The position numbers were made by a program, and so were the translations under genes. This document shows, piece by piece, positions 22,193 to 32,951 of a stretch of DNA of 64,000 bases (positions within the stretch are counted from its first letter, which is position 1; each line of letters starts with the position of its first letter). Location of the stretch: NCBI GenBank assembly GCA_000004985.1, contig GG738884.1. The stretch is one strand, 5' to 3'. The notes under the pieces were generated by a model that searched no databases, had not been told where the DNA came from, and saw nothing but the letters and a program-made list of their open reading frames with translations. Origin of the DNA: Naegleria gruberi (taxonomy: Eukaryota).

Positions 22193-22942
22193 ATGCCAGC
22201 TGACCCACCATTAATTCCAACAGTGCGCTTTGATGTTACTTTTCCGTCTTCTGCAAGCTTAGTAACAATTAAGAATGTTAAAACAAAGAATATGGCAAGG
22301 TTTGCAAATATTCGGTCTGACTCAGCCTTTAAATTTAAAACTCTTCAAAAGGGGTTTCCTGACAGACACGGATATCAAGTGTTTGTACAAATGGAGAAAG
22401 AAAAAACCAACAAAGAGGAACTAAAGGAAACCAATTCTCACATTAATGCAATTGAAGATTATTTGAGGCTTGAAGGCGTGCACCATCATACAAACGGGGT
22501 ACAAAAAACATCTGGCCTAAACATGGAGTGGGAATTGTTGACTCTAGACCATATTTCCTCTGTTGTTGTAAACAAGGAATATGATAAGTATCTTTCAGGG
22601 GAAATTTATGAAAAGAATTTAACAAAGATACCAGAGCTAGCAGAGATAACAAAAGAAGAAAGAAATGAAATAGTCCAACTAAACAAGAAAGAAAGAGCAA
22701 AGAATAGAGCTAGCAGTGAGCAAGAGTCAGACACAACAACACCAAAAAGAAAAAACTCATTCCACAATCCAATTTCAAAGAAAAGCAAATTAGAGAACAA
22801 TTCAACTATTGATGAAAAGATAACAATGATGTCAGAATTGATAAAGGAGAACCACAAAAAGGTAGATGAATACATGAAAAACAACCAAGAAACGATGAAT
22901 TCAATTAAGGAGCTTTTGGTTGTGTTGGTAAATAAGCAATAA
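22193..22942 (+). CDS. Hypothetical 249-aa protein.
   Basis: ORF with a K/E-rich C-terminal half and no recognisable domain. Confidence 0.45.
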   Translation: MPADPPLIPTVRFDVTFPSSASLVTIKNVKTKNMARFANIRSDSAFKFKTLQKGFPDRHGYQVFVQMEKEKTNKEELKETNSHINAIEDYLRLEGVHHHTNGVQKTSGLNMEWELLTLDHISSVVVNKEYDKYLSGEIYEKNLTKIPELAEITKEERNEIVQLNKKERAKNRASSEQESDTTTPKRKNSFHNPISKKSKLENNSTIDEKITMMSELIKENHKKVDEYMKNNQETMNSIKELLVVLVNKQ

Positions 22943-23167
22943 TGTAACATAAATTTGTAAATAAATGTAAATATAATAGCAATTACCTAGTAAGTAGTGT
23001 AATGATGTTGATTTGGGGGAATGTTTAGCTGTGCTGGATAGTTTACTAACTTGAATTAAATTAATTCATGTTTAGCTGTGCTGGATGGTGTTGATGTAAT
23101 TAGTTGACAGGATAACTTTGTTCCCAACTTATCTGACCTCTAAGGATCAATTATTTTAATTTTACTT

Positions 23168-25408
23168 TTACAAATTATTTGCAGCATTGTTGCTCGATTG
23201 AACTTGATAAATTTCATGCCAATGTTGAAACTCTGATGTCTCTACAAGTCTACTCAATGTATCATTCAAATTAACAATAATTTCATCAGAGAATAATTCG
23301 TATAATTGGATGGCAGTGGATGAATTGGTTGTTGCATTCTTTTTCATTTCCATGAAGGAACGTCTGGTGTTGGATGGAATATTGAGCTCGAAATTTGAGT
23401 TGGCAGCAATGAAATCATCATTAATTTCATCAAGTATTGAGATTTCTAATGTGGAATTGCCGAATTGCTTTTTGAGTTGAGTAATTTTTTCAAAAAAGAA
23501 TATATTTTCCAAACTAAACTCTTTGGAAGAAAATTCTTTGAAAATTAATTTGAAATTATCATCCTTGAGGAAATTTTCCAATTCTGAAAGGGTTTGGTGA
23601 TTTCTCTTTCGTAAAATGGTGTGAAAAGTTTCGAATATTAATGCGAAACCTCCACACATGAAAATAAACAAGACACTCTCAAAGAAGAAATAAACTCTCA
23701 GATTCGAAGGGTCACAAACATGAATAATCGCCACAATCAACAGAAGAATCATGGAAAGTAAATCCACTCTTACCTTAAATGGATCATCATATTTCAGAAA
23801 GCTGACTAAACCTTTCGTCTTGATCTTTTTCCAATTCACAATACAATCCACAATAACAGTTGCAATTCCCAATGAACATCCCACAAGAATGTAAATTACA
23901 AAACTAATATTTGTAACTGAGAAAACTTCCTCTTCAAACATGAAAATGTCAAAAAACATGGCCATTCCATGAAGAGAAAAAACTACTGAGCTAATAGCCG
24001 AAAGTAGAATAATCAAAAGAATTGAATTCAATGGTGAAACTAATCTTTTCACAATTGATATTTGACCAATTTTCTTATTGACCAGAAGTGGATTATTAAG
24101 CAATGAATACAAATTTCTCAACATGTAAAATCTGACAACTGTCAAGACATAACTTGCAATAATCCAAGTAATGACAAACATTCGAATATAATTAATAACT
24201 TGTAAGCAAGCTTTGTTAAAATAATATGAATGAGTCAACTCGAAAAAGTAAATAGAAATAGGTAAATAAGGAACAAGTAATCTTCTCTTAAACGAATCCT
24301 TTAGGAAAAATCTTGAACTAAACAAGATAATAAAATACAATGTTACAATAATGAGAGTAGGAATATTCCAATAATCTTGATTGGCAGAAATATAATCATT
24401 ACATGTACTCTCAGTGCAAAAGTGATATTGTGAAGAATAATAATTCGAATAAACATTTTCTAGACTAAACTGTTGAGGAAATGAAGAAACATTTAGGAAT
24501 TGAAGAGTTTTTAGCATCATTTTGTCAAATGCCAATGAATCTGACGTGAAATTGACGGGAGAATTACCATAGGTAAGTAATAGATAATTGATAAATTCAA
24601 GATCTTGTGTTGTGACCTTTCCAAATTCGAAATATTGATTCAATGTAATTATATCCGAAACGTAGTAAGAATTTTTGGGATTAAATGTGGAATTTCCCAA
24701 CATGAAGAAAGGGTACACATCATATTCATAACCTACATTGGAAGGAGCCAATTTGATTGGCAGAAAATCAGACGGATTGATCAAGGTTGTTTCGTTCCAT
24801 TGACTTTCTGTCAGTTTCTCAGATGAAACTTTTCTCTTACCAGTTGATTCTCTATAATAACGAATGACATCAAAAAAATCTCCTGGTAGTGCAATTATTA
24901 CATCAAAGTCTTCAAATACATGTCTTGGTCGACAGTTTCGTCTGTAGAATAAGAAAGGAGAAATCGAATAACTTTTTCCTTCGTGAGTTGTTTGTACATC
25001 CATGTCTATTCCATGATATTTGAGTAAATTACTAAACAACAACACTTGATGTCTGTCAATGCCAATCTTCAAGATGTTTGTGCCCATGCTTGTATTATTA
25101 TTCCTAATGATACTTATCAAATCGTCCAAGGAAGATATACGAAACTCTTGGCTGATTTGATTCCATATGAAAGCAACCAAGTGTTGTTGAATGAAAACAA
25201 TAGGAAGAGATGGAGAAAGATATCCTTTTCTAATATAGTTAGAATTCACATACGAATCATTCCATTTAAATTGATGCAAATTATAGTGAACTGACCAGTC
25301 CAAGACATCTTTCGAATAGAGTTCAGCTGAATGGATTAGCGCACTAGTTGATAATAGAAGTAAAACAACAACTTTAACCACATGTGTGGTGGCATGAGCT
25401 GTTTTCAT
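23168..25408 (-). CDS. Receptor-like protein: signal peptide, roughly 330-aa lumenal/extracellular domain, seven transmembrane helices and a C-terminal RGS domain.
   Basis: N-terminal hydrophobic leader (VVKVVVLLLLSTSALIHSA). Seven hydrophobic segments lie in the middle of the protein, at about protein positions 340-600. The cytoplasmic tail has an RGS signature (NFLKDDNFKLIFKEFSSKEFSLENIFFFEKITQL). Confidence 0.65.
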   Translation of the reverse strand: MKTAHATTHVVKVVVLLLLSTSALIHSAELYSKDVLDWSVHYNLHQFKWNDSYVNSNYIRKGYLSPSLPIVFIQQHLVAFIWNQISQEFRISSLDDLISIIRNNNTSMGTNILKIGIDRHQVLLFSNLLKYHGIDMDVQTTHEGKSYSISPFLFYRRNCRPRHVFEDFDVIIALPGDFFDVIRYYRESTGKRKVSSEKLTESQWNETTLINPSDFLPIKLAPSNVGYEYDVYPFFMLGNSTFNPKNSYYVSDIITLNQYFEFGKVTTQDLEFINYLLLTYGNSPVNFTSDSLAFDKMMLKTLQFLNVSSFPQQFSLENVYSNYYSSQYHFCTESTCNDYISANQDYWNIPTLIIVTLYFIILFSSRFFLKDSFKRRLLVPYLPISIYFFELTHSYYFNKACLQVINYIRMFVITWIIASYVLTVVRFYMLRNLYSLLNNPLLVNKKIGQISIVKRLVSPLNSILLIILLSAISSVVFSLHGMAMFFDIFMFEEEVFSVTNISFVIYILVGCSLGIATVIVDCIVNWKKIKTKGLVSFLKYDDPFKVRVDLLSMILLLIVAIIHVCDPSNLRVYFFFESVLFIFMCGGFALIFETFHTILRKRNHQTLSELENFLKDDNFKLIFKEFSSKEFSLENIFFFEKITQLKKQFGNSTLEISILDEINDDFIAANSNFELNIPSNTRRSFMEMKKNATTNSSTAIQLYELFSDEIIVNLNDTLSRLVETSEFQHWHEIYQVQSSNNAANNL

Positions 25409-25807
25409 TTTCTTAATGTTTCGTTCAGTTTACACATGTGTTTAATTCTCATCCTTTCTTCGACTCGGCTAATAGGTTACCAACAACAAATTGCGATAGA
25501 AGACCACAATTCAGAACCTTGACTGAATCTCAAAAAGGCAAGTACTCAATAGTGCATGTGGTTAGCAACGTAATCGTAGCATGCTATCTTGGACACATTA
25601 CAACATTTTGAATGAGATTTAGGCTAATTGCAAAGTATCGCTTTTCTTCATTGGTATGTTAACCGCTAGAATCTCTTTTCTGGAAGTTGAAGCTCAAATA
25701 ATCGACATTTCTATTGGATCAGAAGTTATACAAATAATTGTTTAGGCTAATTGCATGAAGAAGAGGACTGATGGTCTCTCTTTGCTATCATCCAAACACG
25801 AAAACGT

Positions 25808-26830
25808 GTGGTGAAACATTTCAAAAAAATGGTCAAACTAAACTATTTGATATTTGCAGTTCTTATTTGTTTGGCAATTGTTGTTTCTCAAGTTAGATGT
25901 GGTGGTCAAGATTGTGATCCTTCCAAGGTTGGTTCTGGAATCCATACTCTTTATGTTGAAGATGAAGAAATGCTGAACTCACTCATGAATAAGAAACATA
26001 TTGTAAAGTTAACTAAAGCAGGAAGAAAGAATGTTTACAGAAAGCTTACTCGTGGAGGAAGAAGAAACAGCAAGATGTTGAGAAGATTAGTTAAAAGACA
26101 AGTAGCTCGTAAGATTTCCCATGAAAAAACAGAGAAGAGAGGAAGAATTGGTCATTCGGTCCATAATAAGGTTTCCAATAACAACAAACATGCTAAAACT
26201 AAGGTTTCCAACAAAAAACTCCATTCTAAAGCTGTTTCCTCTCCAAACAACACCAACAAGAGAGTCTCAGACGTTAAACCTCGTGAAACAAGAGATATTG
26301 GAAAGAGTGAAAACGAAAAACCTGCTCCAATCGAAACCAAGAAGACTCCAAAAGATGTTAACAATATGACAGCTCAAGAAATCATCAACCAATCAATTGC
26401 TACATTTGACGGTGCAGTTGGCCCTAGCAATAAGGCTCTTCCAAACAGAAGAATTCTTACAAGCAAGAAAGGTATTCTCAAGGAACAAGATGAAGATTAC
26501 AAACGCCAACAAGAAAAACAAGAAATGTGGGAACCAATCGACACTTCTTGTGTTGCTTGTAGAGTTGACTGTATGAAAACCTATTCTCAAGTTGGTGGCA
26601 GTATTTTTGAATCATGCAAATTCCAATACTATTACTATGGATGTAAATATCATGACGAATGTTTTATGGCTACAACTACATCAGATGAGAAAATTAAGGG
26701 CATGCTAGGAATTTGTTTGTTGAGAAATGGATGTAAATTGAAGGGTGAATGGAATTCCTATGGAGTAGATGACGCTGTTACTGGAAGATTGCTTGGAAAA
26801 CTTCGTGCATCCAATGAAAAACCAGAATAA
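25808..26830 (+). CDS. Secreted protein with a basic (K/R-rich) middle region and a C-terminal Cys-rich domain.
   Basis: Signal-peptide-like N-terminus (LNYLIFAVLICLAIVVSQVRC). Then a lysine-rich stretch and about 10 cysteines in the last 100 aa. Confidence 0.5.
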   Translation: MVKHFKKMVKLNYLIFAVLICLAIVVSQVRCGGQDCDPSKVGSGIHTLYVEDEEMLNSLMNKKHIVKLTKAGRKNVYRKLTRGGRRNSKMLRRLVKRQVARKISHEKTEKRGRIGHSVHNKVSNNNKHAKTKVSNKKLHSKAVSSPNNTNKRVSDVKPRETRDIGKSENEKPAPIETKKTPKDVNNMTAQEIINQSIATFDGAVGPSNKALPNRRILTSKKGILKEQDEDYKRQQEKQEMWEPIDTSCVACRVDCMKTYSQVGGSIFESCKFQYYYYGCKYHDECFMATTTSDEKIKGMLGICLLRNGCKLKGEWNSYGVDDAVTGRLLGKLRASNEKPE

Positions 26831-26978
26831 ACTGTATCATGTTTGGTAATGAAATGGAGAAGGAAAATAGTAATTAAATTCTTGGTTGGGAAAGAGCAGA
26901 AATGGCTAAAATCAAATTTTGAATAATTAAGGAAGATTCAACTATCAATAGAGAATACCTTAGTAAAAGTCCTGCTGC

Positions 26979-29929
26979 CTATTTTAATATTTTGTTGATT
27001 TTAGTACAGAAAACATCAGCTGTTGTTCTTAGAGAAAGAGATGATGTAGGTGGTGATCCAAAACAAGATCTATATTGGCATCTATTACCATAAAAGCCAA
27101 AATTACAATCACACTTGTCAAGTCCGTTGCAAATTCCATTTCCACTACAAACTAAACCATTATTGGCATAAATTCCATAACATTTAGAATACTGACAATA
27201 GGTACCAATTGAATCAGCACAATTAGAACAAGTTTCTGGAGCTATACAGAGTCCTCTGCCAGAACAAACTGTTGAATTGGAAGGAGAAATTGAATTACAT
27301 GTATAATTGGAACAAGTCAAACCAGAATAACCTTCATCACATAGACAAGAATTTGGAGATTGGCAATGGCCATGTGAAGAACAAACAGAAGGGTCTGTAG
27401 AATTCACACCAAAACATGTATACTCTTCTCTAGTAACTATTGCTGCACGACCATCAGAACAAGCAGTCAAATATGGAATTCCATCAAAGTATTGTCTTGG
27501 ATACAGTGCAGGTGTTGAAATTGTGGTAGAAAATCCTTGACTTGGATTTGTTTCATAAGCATTGTTAATTCCTGCAGTATACAGATTACCCTTTCTACTA
27601 ATAATATAAAATCTTCCAGAATAATCACATATATCCACAACATAGGAATCACCTATTGGTAAACTAGGTTTAATTGGTGATCCGTAGACATAATAAAATT
27701 GTCCTGTAGTGGAAATTAGTAACAAGTTAGTGTAAAATCCAATATACATTTTCCTAAATTTGATGTTTCCATTCATTCTTACAAAAGTTGGCTGATTTTC
27801 TAATCCACTATTTGAAATAAATCTCTCAGACCCTCCATTCCTACCACATCCATACACGTTTCCTCTATCTGTTAAAAGGAAAACATTATTCTGACCTGCC
27901 CTAATGTCAACAATTTGTTCATCAGGAGTTAAGAAGGAAGTGGTATTAATTTGAGTAAAGGAAGTGAAGGTACTTGTGGGTGCAGAGCTTCCTAATCCCA
28001 TCTGATAATAATTGTTTGCACCAATTCCCCACAATGTATCATTGTTAAATAGTACATAAGTATTTGCACTACCAACAGCTACCTTTTTTACATCATTTGC
28101 AAATAATACTGGACTATTGATGTTCGAAGATACTCCATTAAATGCTGAAGAAAGACCCCAACCATACACTTCTCCACTATTTGTAAATGCTATGGCAGTA
28201 TTATGTCTGATATCTATTGTTGAAATGTCTTTGTCTACAAAGGTTTGAGGGGCACTTTTTGGTGTCAATGATGGAACTCCAAAATTCAAACTATTACTAC
28301 AATCTCCCCAATAATCTAGAGCATTGAAATTTCCTGTTTCATTGTGTAACTTAGAGAAAACAAACATACACGATATTCCACCAACGATTTTAGAGACTGT
28401 GACATTTCCAGAGGCAAATGACGAAATTGAAAGCTTTCTTGGATATCTAATAGCACGTTCCTCTCCCAAAGTCAACACGGAAGCGGTATTGCTAGTTCCC
28501 CAAACATTCACTGATCCATCTGAGGTTATTGTCAAACCATGCACATTTGAAATTCTTGCCATAATTACTTGAGCATCATTTACCATGGTGACCTTATCGT
28601 AATTTGGTGTTGAGCTATGTCCAAGAAAATTAACATAACCCCACGAAACCATGTAGCCAGAGTTGAGTAAACATGCTGACGAATATCCAGCAGCAAAGCA
28701 CTCTGTGGTATTTTCAGTAATATTAATTCTCGTTGGGACATAGATTGATGTTATTGAGGAGTCTGGATATGATTGCTTGTAGGTATTATCTCCAAAACCA
28801 TAAACATCTCCACTATCCAATGTGACCAATGCATGTCCATATCCAAACACTACTCTTATCACTTTGGACGGAAGTAAAGTCACAGGTTGTGGAAACTCAC
28901 TTGTAGCATTGACTGTTGAGTTCCAACCTAACAATCCATAATAATTACTTCCCCATGTCCATAAAACACCATTTATATCAATGGCACCAGCTGCAGTTCT
29001 TCCAACTTCAGCATTACCTGGTCTTTGACCAGATGAAATTGTTGTAATATTTCTGAGTGATGGAATCATGTAGGGAATATATTCACTATTACTAAGTGGA
29101 GTACCTCTTAACCCAAGATTATGACATCCATAACTAAATACATGTCCATAATTGGTTACTGCAAATATTGTTTCACATGTATAGTATCCACCAATCGCCA
29201 CAGATACAAACTTGACATTTGTTAAAATTTGGGAAGTGTCTGGATCTGTGTATTGAGTGAAAGAGAATAATCTTGCCCAAATGCCTCCTGTGTTATGATA
29301 ATAAACCCATCCATCACTTGTCAATATTATACATGAACGAATACAGCTCATGTATGCTATCTTTCTACTACTTGAAAATGGATTACTGGCCTTACCAGCA
29401 TCAGTGTAAATGTAAATTAATTCTATGGATTATTTCAAAAGGGATTACAAACTAAACTAACTTAAATCTTACCTGGTTCTGACATGATTGCAGGAGGATT
29501 GAGCACTGCAGCTTGTCCATTTTCATTACTACCAGACACAAATACATATTGTCCTAGAGAATTATTAGTTGTTGTGTTGTAATATTCTAAAATATAAAAC
29601 ATGGCATGATGATGATTGACCAATTGTTGAACACTGTGTGAAACATCAAATCTTTCAATGCCACTCGCTAATTTCCATGATTCCGTACTATTTACCAGTA
29701 ATTTCTGTAGGATTGTATTAGAAATTGGATAGGTTGATGTTGGTACTGTTAATGCACCAAAACCATTGCTATTAAAATCTCCAAATGTATAGAGGTTTTT
29801 GCTGTTGATTACGTCTTGCGCTTCTACTTGTGTTAATATTACTGCATAATGTATTACTAAACAGGACAACAGAATTATAAAACAATAAATTCGTGATGAT
29901 GAATTGACTGCTGCAGAAAGTGTTAACAT
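26979..29929 (-). CDS. Secreted RCC1-like beta-propeller repeat protein with C-terminal EGF/tenascin-like Cys repeats; two exons.
   Basis: Exon 1 (29929..about 29473) encodes a signal peptide. A GTAAGA donor follows, the intron is about 50 nt and the CCATAG acceptor is near 29423. Exon 2 runs to the TAG stop at 26979. The protein has repeated WGxNxYGxLG-type blades (WTWGSNYYGLLGW, YGFGDNTYKQ, WGIGANNYYQMGLG), then CxCxxGYxGxxC EGF-like repeats. Confidence 0.65.
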
Positions 29930-30033
29930 CTTTTTTTTTGTCTATTGATTATGATGCCTTGACAGAATCAATCTTTTACGGTGAAATTCAGTGATAAAGA
30001 TCTTGCACTTGCCATTTGTGGTAGGTGAGCATG

Positions 30034-32160
30034 TTAAAGAAAATCAAGGGTTGTAAAGTATTTGGGAAGGTAGAAATCTGAAGAATAGCTCAATTTCATT
30101 CTCTTGAAGAGTAGGTCCTTAATATATTCAGCTTGCATTGTATCCAGTGATTCAAGTGAAAAATATCCACATTGTTTTAGAGCTTCAAGTTCTAGAGTTT
30201 CATCAGTAAACCTTGAGTAATGGTATAAAAATCCACATGACCGAACAGCTCTCAGGTTGAATTCCCAATCTTCCATAATTTCGTGTGGTACAAATGAATA
30301 AAATTGAAATGCTGTTTCAAATTTGTTAATGCATGATAATACTATTTCAGGATCTGATTTAACTTTCAAAGCCAAATGTTGAATCAAATATGTATTCTTC
30401 TTACAAACTTCCACAACAGTTTGCTTATCTTTTTCATATATAGCTTGTTGAATCTGATGATCAATATAGTCAAAGTAGTTTGGGTATTTTTGCATAACTT
30501 CAATGAGCAGATCTATCAGTTCAATTTGCATCTCAGAGGATGAATAAATTAAAGAAACTGGGTGTTTTCTGATGAGGTCTAATTGTTTCTCTGGTGGAAA
30601 ACATTCAATTAGTGATGGATGATTATTTAACATTTCATCGACCAAAGCTTCTTCTTCCAAAAAGTGTGGTGGAATAATTTCCAGCCAACCATCATTACAC
30701 CTATCGTTAGATAACAGAGCTCTCACGAATTCTCTATCATTTTTCATATATTCTGGCACTTCTATATCAGTAATTTTTCTACATTTTTGTGCCATGAATA
30801 ATAGAATATCCTTGTCTTGCTTGAGTTGTGGAGAAATAAACTCATAATTTTCAATATCAACTCTTAAAGATATCAATATTAATTCCTTATCATTACGTAA
30901 TTTTTCATTCAGTAAATCCACGAAAAGACAGTCATACGGCTTATTCTCACAAATTATTTGTAAAGCGTCCATAATAAATTCTCTATTACTTCCAAGCTCT
31001 GAGCATTCTAAAGTTTTACGCAACTTTGGATCTATTGATAAATATCTCAAGCAAAATTCTGGATCTGATTTCAACTTAATGGAAGCCAAACTGAATATAC
31101 AATGATCAATTTCAATAAGTTTCAAAACAAATTCTGGATCTTCCATCAGGCTCTTATGCGCAAATTGAAAACTCTGTGACTTGGAAATACAAGCCTTTTC
31201 AACTATTTCCTTATCTTTTCTGAAAGATTCATCTGCAAATTCAAGACTCAAGCCATCATTAATAACAGCACATAAAGTAATTTCTCTATCGAGTTTCAAC
31301 TGATCAGAAATAAATTTCAAACAATAGCCATTGGTTTTAAGTACTTGTATCATTTTACACTTGTCATTCCTTATTTCAAATGGGAGGTCTTCAAATTTTG
31401 AGTTTTTGTAGGGATCTTCAATATGATAACCTAGTATATCTATATCATTAACAGCCAAAAAAACATGCTTATTTTCTTGTAACACTTTCTTAAACCATTC
31501 TTCATTGTACAATAATGATTCATCTGCACTTTCAATGGAATAAATCGATTTCTGAACAGCTTTTGACATGAAATCTTCAGATTTCAATAGGTCTTCATCA
31601 ACTCCGCAAAGATATCTATGATCCGACTCCACAATTTCTAGAATAAACTCAATATCACTAGCAAGTTTATCTGCTAGAAATTCCAAAACATGGAATGTTT
31701 GAAACTTTGACTTTAACATTGCTCTTACAATTTCCTTGTCTCCTCTCAATTCTTCACTTCCTGCAGCAAACATGCCATTATAAACAGAGATTAGTCTCAA
31801 TAGTAATTCTCTATCTTTTACACAAACAGCTTCTAATGGAATAAAGTTAATGATAGTATCTCCACTATCAACCCAAAATCTATCACAATACTTTTCCATA
31901 ATTTCAGCAAACATTATACCATCCCGTATCAATTCAATAGGACAAAACACAGGAAGTGTAGAAGAGGTTTTTACATGAAAATCAACATATTCCAAATATC
32001 TACTTTTCGATTCTATAAATTTCCGCATATTTTGTGATTGTCTTTTAAATTTTCTAGTTAATAATTGTTGTTGTTCTCGGAGGTGAATTTCTTCTTGTTT
32101 TGATGATGAATAAATTCCATCACTTACATTAAAAATCACTCTCCCTTCATCTTGTTGCAT
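30034..32160 (-). CDS. DUF4116-like repeat protein with tandem DKEIV...L.YAS... helical repeats.
   Basis: Repeats such as GDKEIVRAMLKSKFQTFHVLEFLADKLASD, KDKEIVEKACISKSQSFQFAHKSLMEDPEFVLKLIE and RNDKELILISLRVD...QDKDILLFMAQK. Confidence 0.5.
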   Translation of the reverse strand: MQQDEGRVIFNVSDGIYSSSKQEEIHLREQQQLLTRKFKRQSQNMRKFIESKSRYLEYVDFHVKTSSTLPVFCPIELIRDGIMFAEIMEKYCDRFWVDSGDTIINFIPLEAVCVKDRELLLRLISVYNGMFAAGSEELRGDKEIVRAMLKSKFQTFHVLEFLADKLASDIEFILEIVESDHRYLCGVDEDLLKSEDFMSKAVQKSIYSIESADESLLYNEEWFKKVLQENKHVFLAVNDIDILGYHIEDPYKNSKFEDLPFEIRNDKCKMIQVLKTNGYCLKFISDQLKLDREITLCAVINDGLSLEFADESFRKDKEIVEKACISKSQSFQFAHKSLMEDPEFVLKLIEIDHCIFSLASIKLKSDPEFCLRYLSIDPKLRKTLECSELGSNREFIMDALQIICENKPYDCLFVDLLNEKLRNDKELILISLRVDIENYEFISPQLKQDKDILLFMAQKCRKITDIEVPEYMKNDREFVRALLSNDRCNDGWLEIIPPHFLEEEALVDEMLNNHPSLIECFPPEKQLDLIRKHPVSLIYSSSEMQIELIDLLIEVMQKYPNYFDYIDHQIQQAIYEKDKQTVVEVCKKNTYLIQHLALKVKSDPEIVLSCINKFETAFQFYSFVPHEIMEDWEFNLRAVRSCGFLYHYSRFTDETLELEALKQCGYFSLESLDTMQAEYIKDLLFKRMKLSYSSDFYLPKYFTTLDFL

Positions 32161-32277
32161 TTTTTAATAATTTTACAAAGATAAATTCCCAACACAGATG
32201 TTCCATCCGGATTATTTTGATTCACAGGTATCTACTACTCCAACACAATCGTAATCCTTGGGTTTTGATTTATAGTA

Positions 32278-32865
32278 ATGATATCTAGAAATCAATCAAA
32301 AAAAATGCTTCGATTGACCAGATCAGCGATCAAGAGTAATCTCTCGTCATCATTTAAATATAACTCATCACGAGTCTATTTATTTCATCAATCATGCACA
32401 AGATTTAATGATGCATCATCTTCAGAAGAAACCACAGAAAAAGAAAAGGAAATAGTTCAAGTACTAGTGCCATTGGTAGGAAGTGGAATTTCGAATATTC
32501 AATTCAACAAGTGGCATAAACAAGTTGGAGATCAAGTAGGTTATGGTGATTTAATTGCTGAATTGCAGCATAATGAGACAAAATTGGCAATTGACATTTT
32601 TTCACAAAGAAGAGGAATATTAAAAGAACAATTAATTAGTGAAGGATCTTTTGTGAATTGTGGAGATGCAATTTCAAATGTTGAAGTTGAGAAAATGAAT
32701 GAAGAAGAGTTGAATATTGACATGACTACTGTCAGGCAGGACCCAAATCAAAAACCTGAAAAACCGTCTTTACTTTCTGCTTTGCTGGATTTAGGTGTTC
32801 TAATACTTGCATTCTTTTCTATCTATCCAATGTTTAGTCAAAAAGAAGAAGAAAAAACAAACTAG
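32278..32865 (+). CDS. Small protein with a lipoyl/biotinyl-attachment-like domain whose modification motif is degenerate, plus a C-terminal TM anchor. A mitochondrial presequence is likely.
   Basis: GSGISNIQFNKWHKQVGDQVGYGDLIAELQHNETKLAIDIFSQRRGILKEQLISEGSFVNCGDAI fits the lipoyl-domain consensus, except ETDKA is replaced by ETKLA. The N-terminus is basic and hydroxylated (MLRLTRSAIKSNLSSSFKY). A C-terminal hydrophobic helix reads LGVLILAFFSIYPMF. Confidence 0.45.
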   Translation: MISRNQSKKMLRLTRSAIKSNLSSSFKYNSSRVYLFHQSCTRFNDASSSEETTEKEKEIVQVLVPLVGSGISNIQFNKWHKQVGDQVGYGDLIAELQHNETKLAIDIFSQRRGILKEQLISEGSFVNCGDAISNVEVEKMNEEELNIDMTTVRQDPNQKPEKPSLLSALLDLGVLILAFFSIYPMFSQKEEEKTN

Positions 32866-32951
32866 ATCAATTTGTATTTTAAGGGAATTTTCAATATTAA
32901 ATAAGATTAGAAACTGTTTAACTTTCATGGAACTAAACCTTATATTAATTC

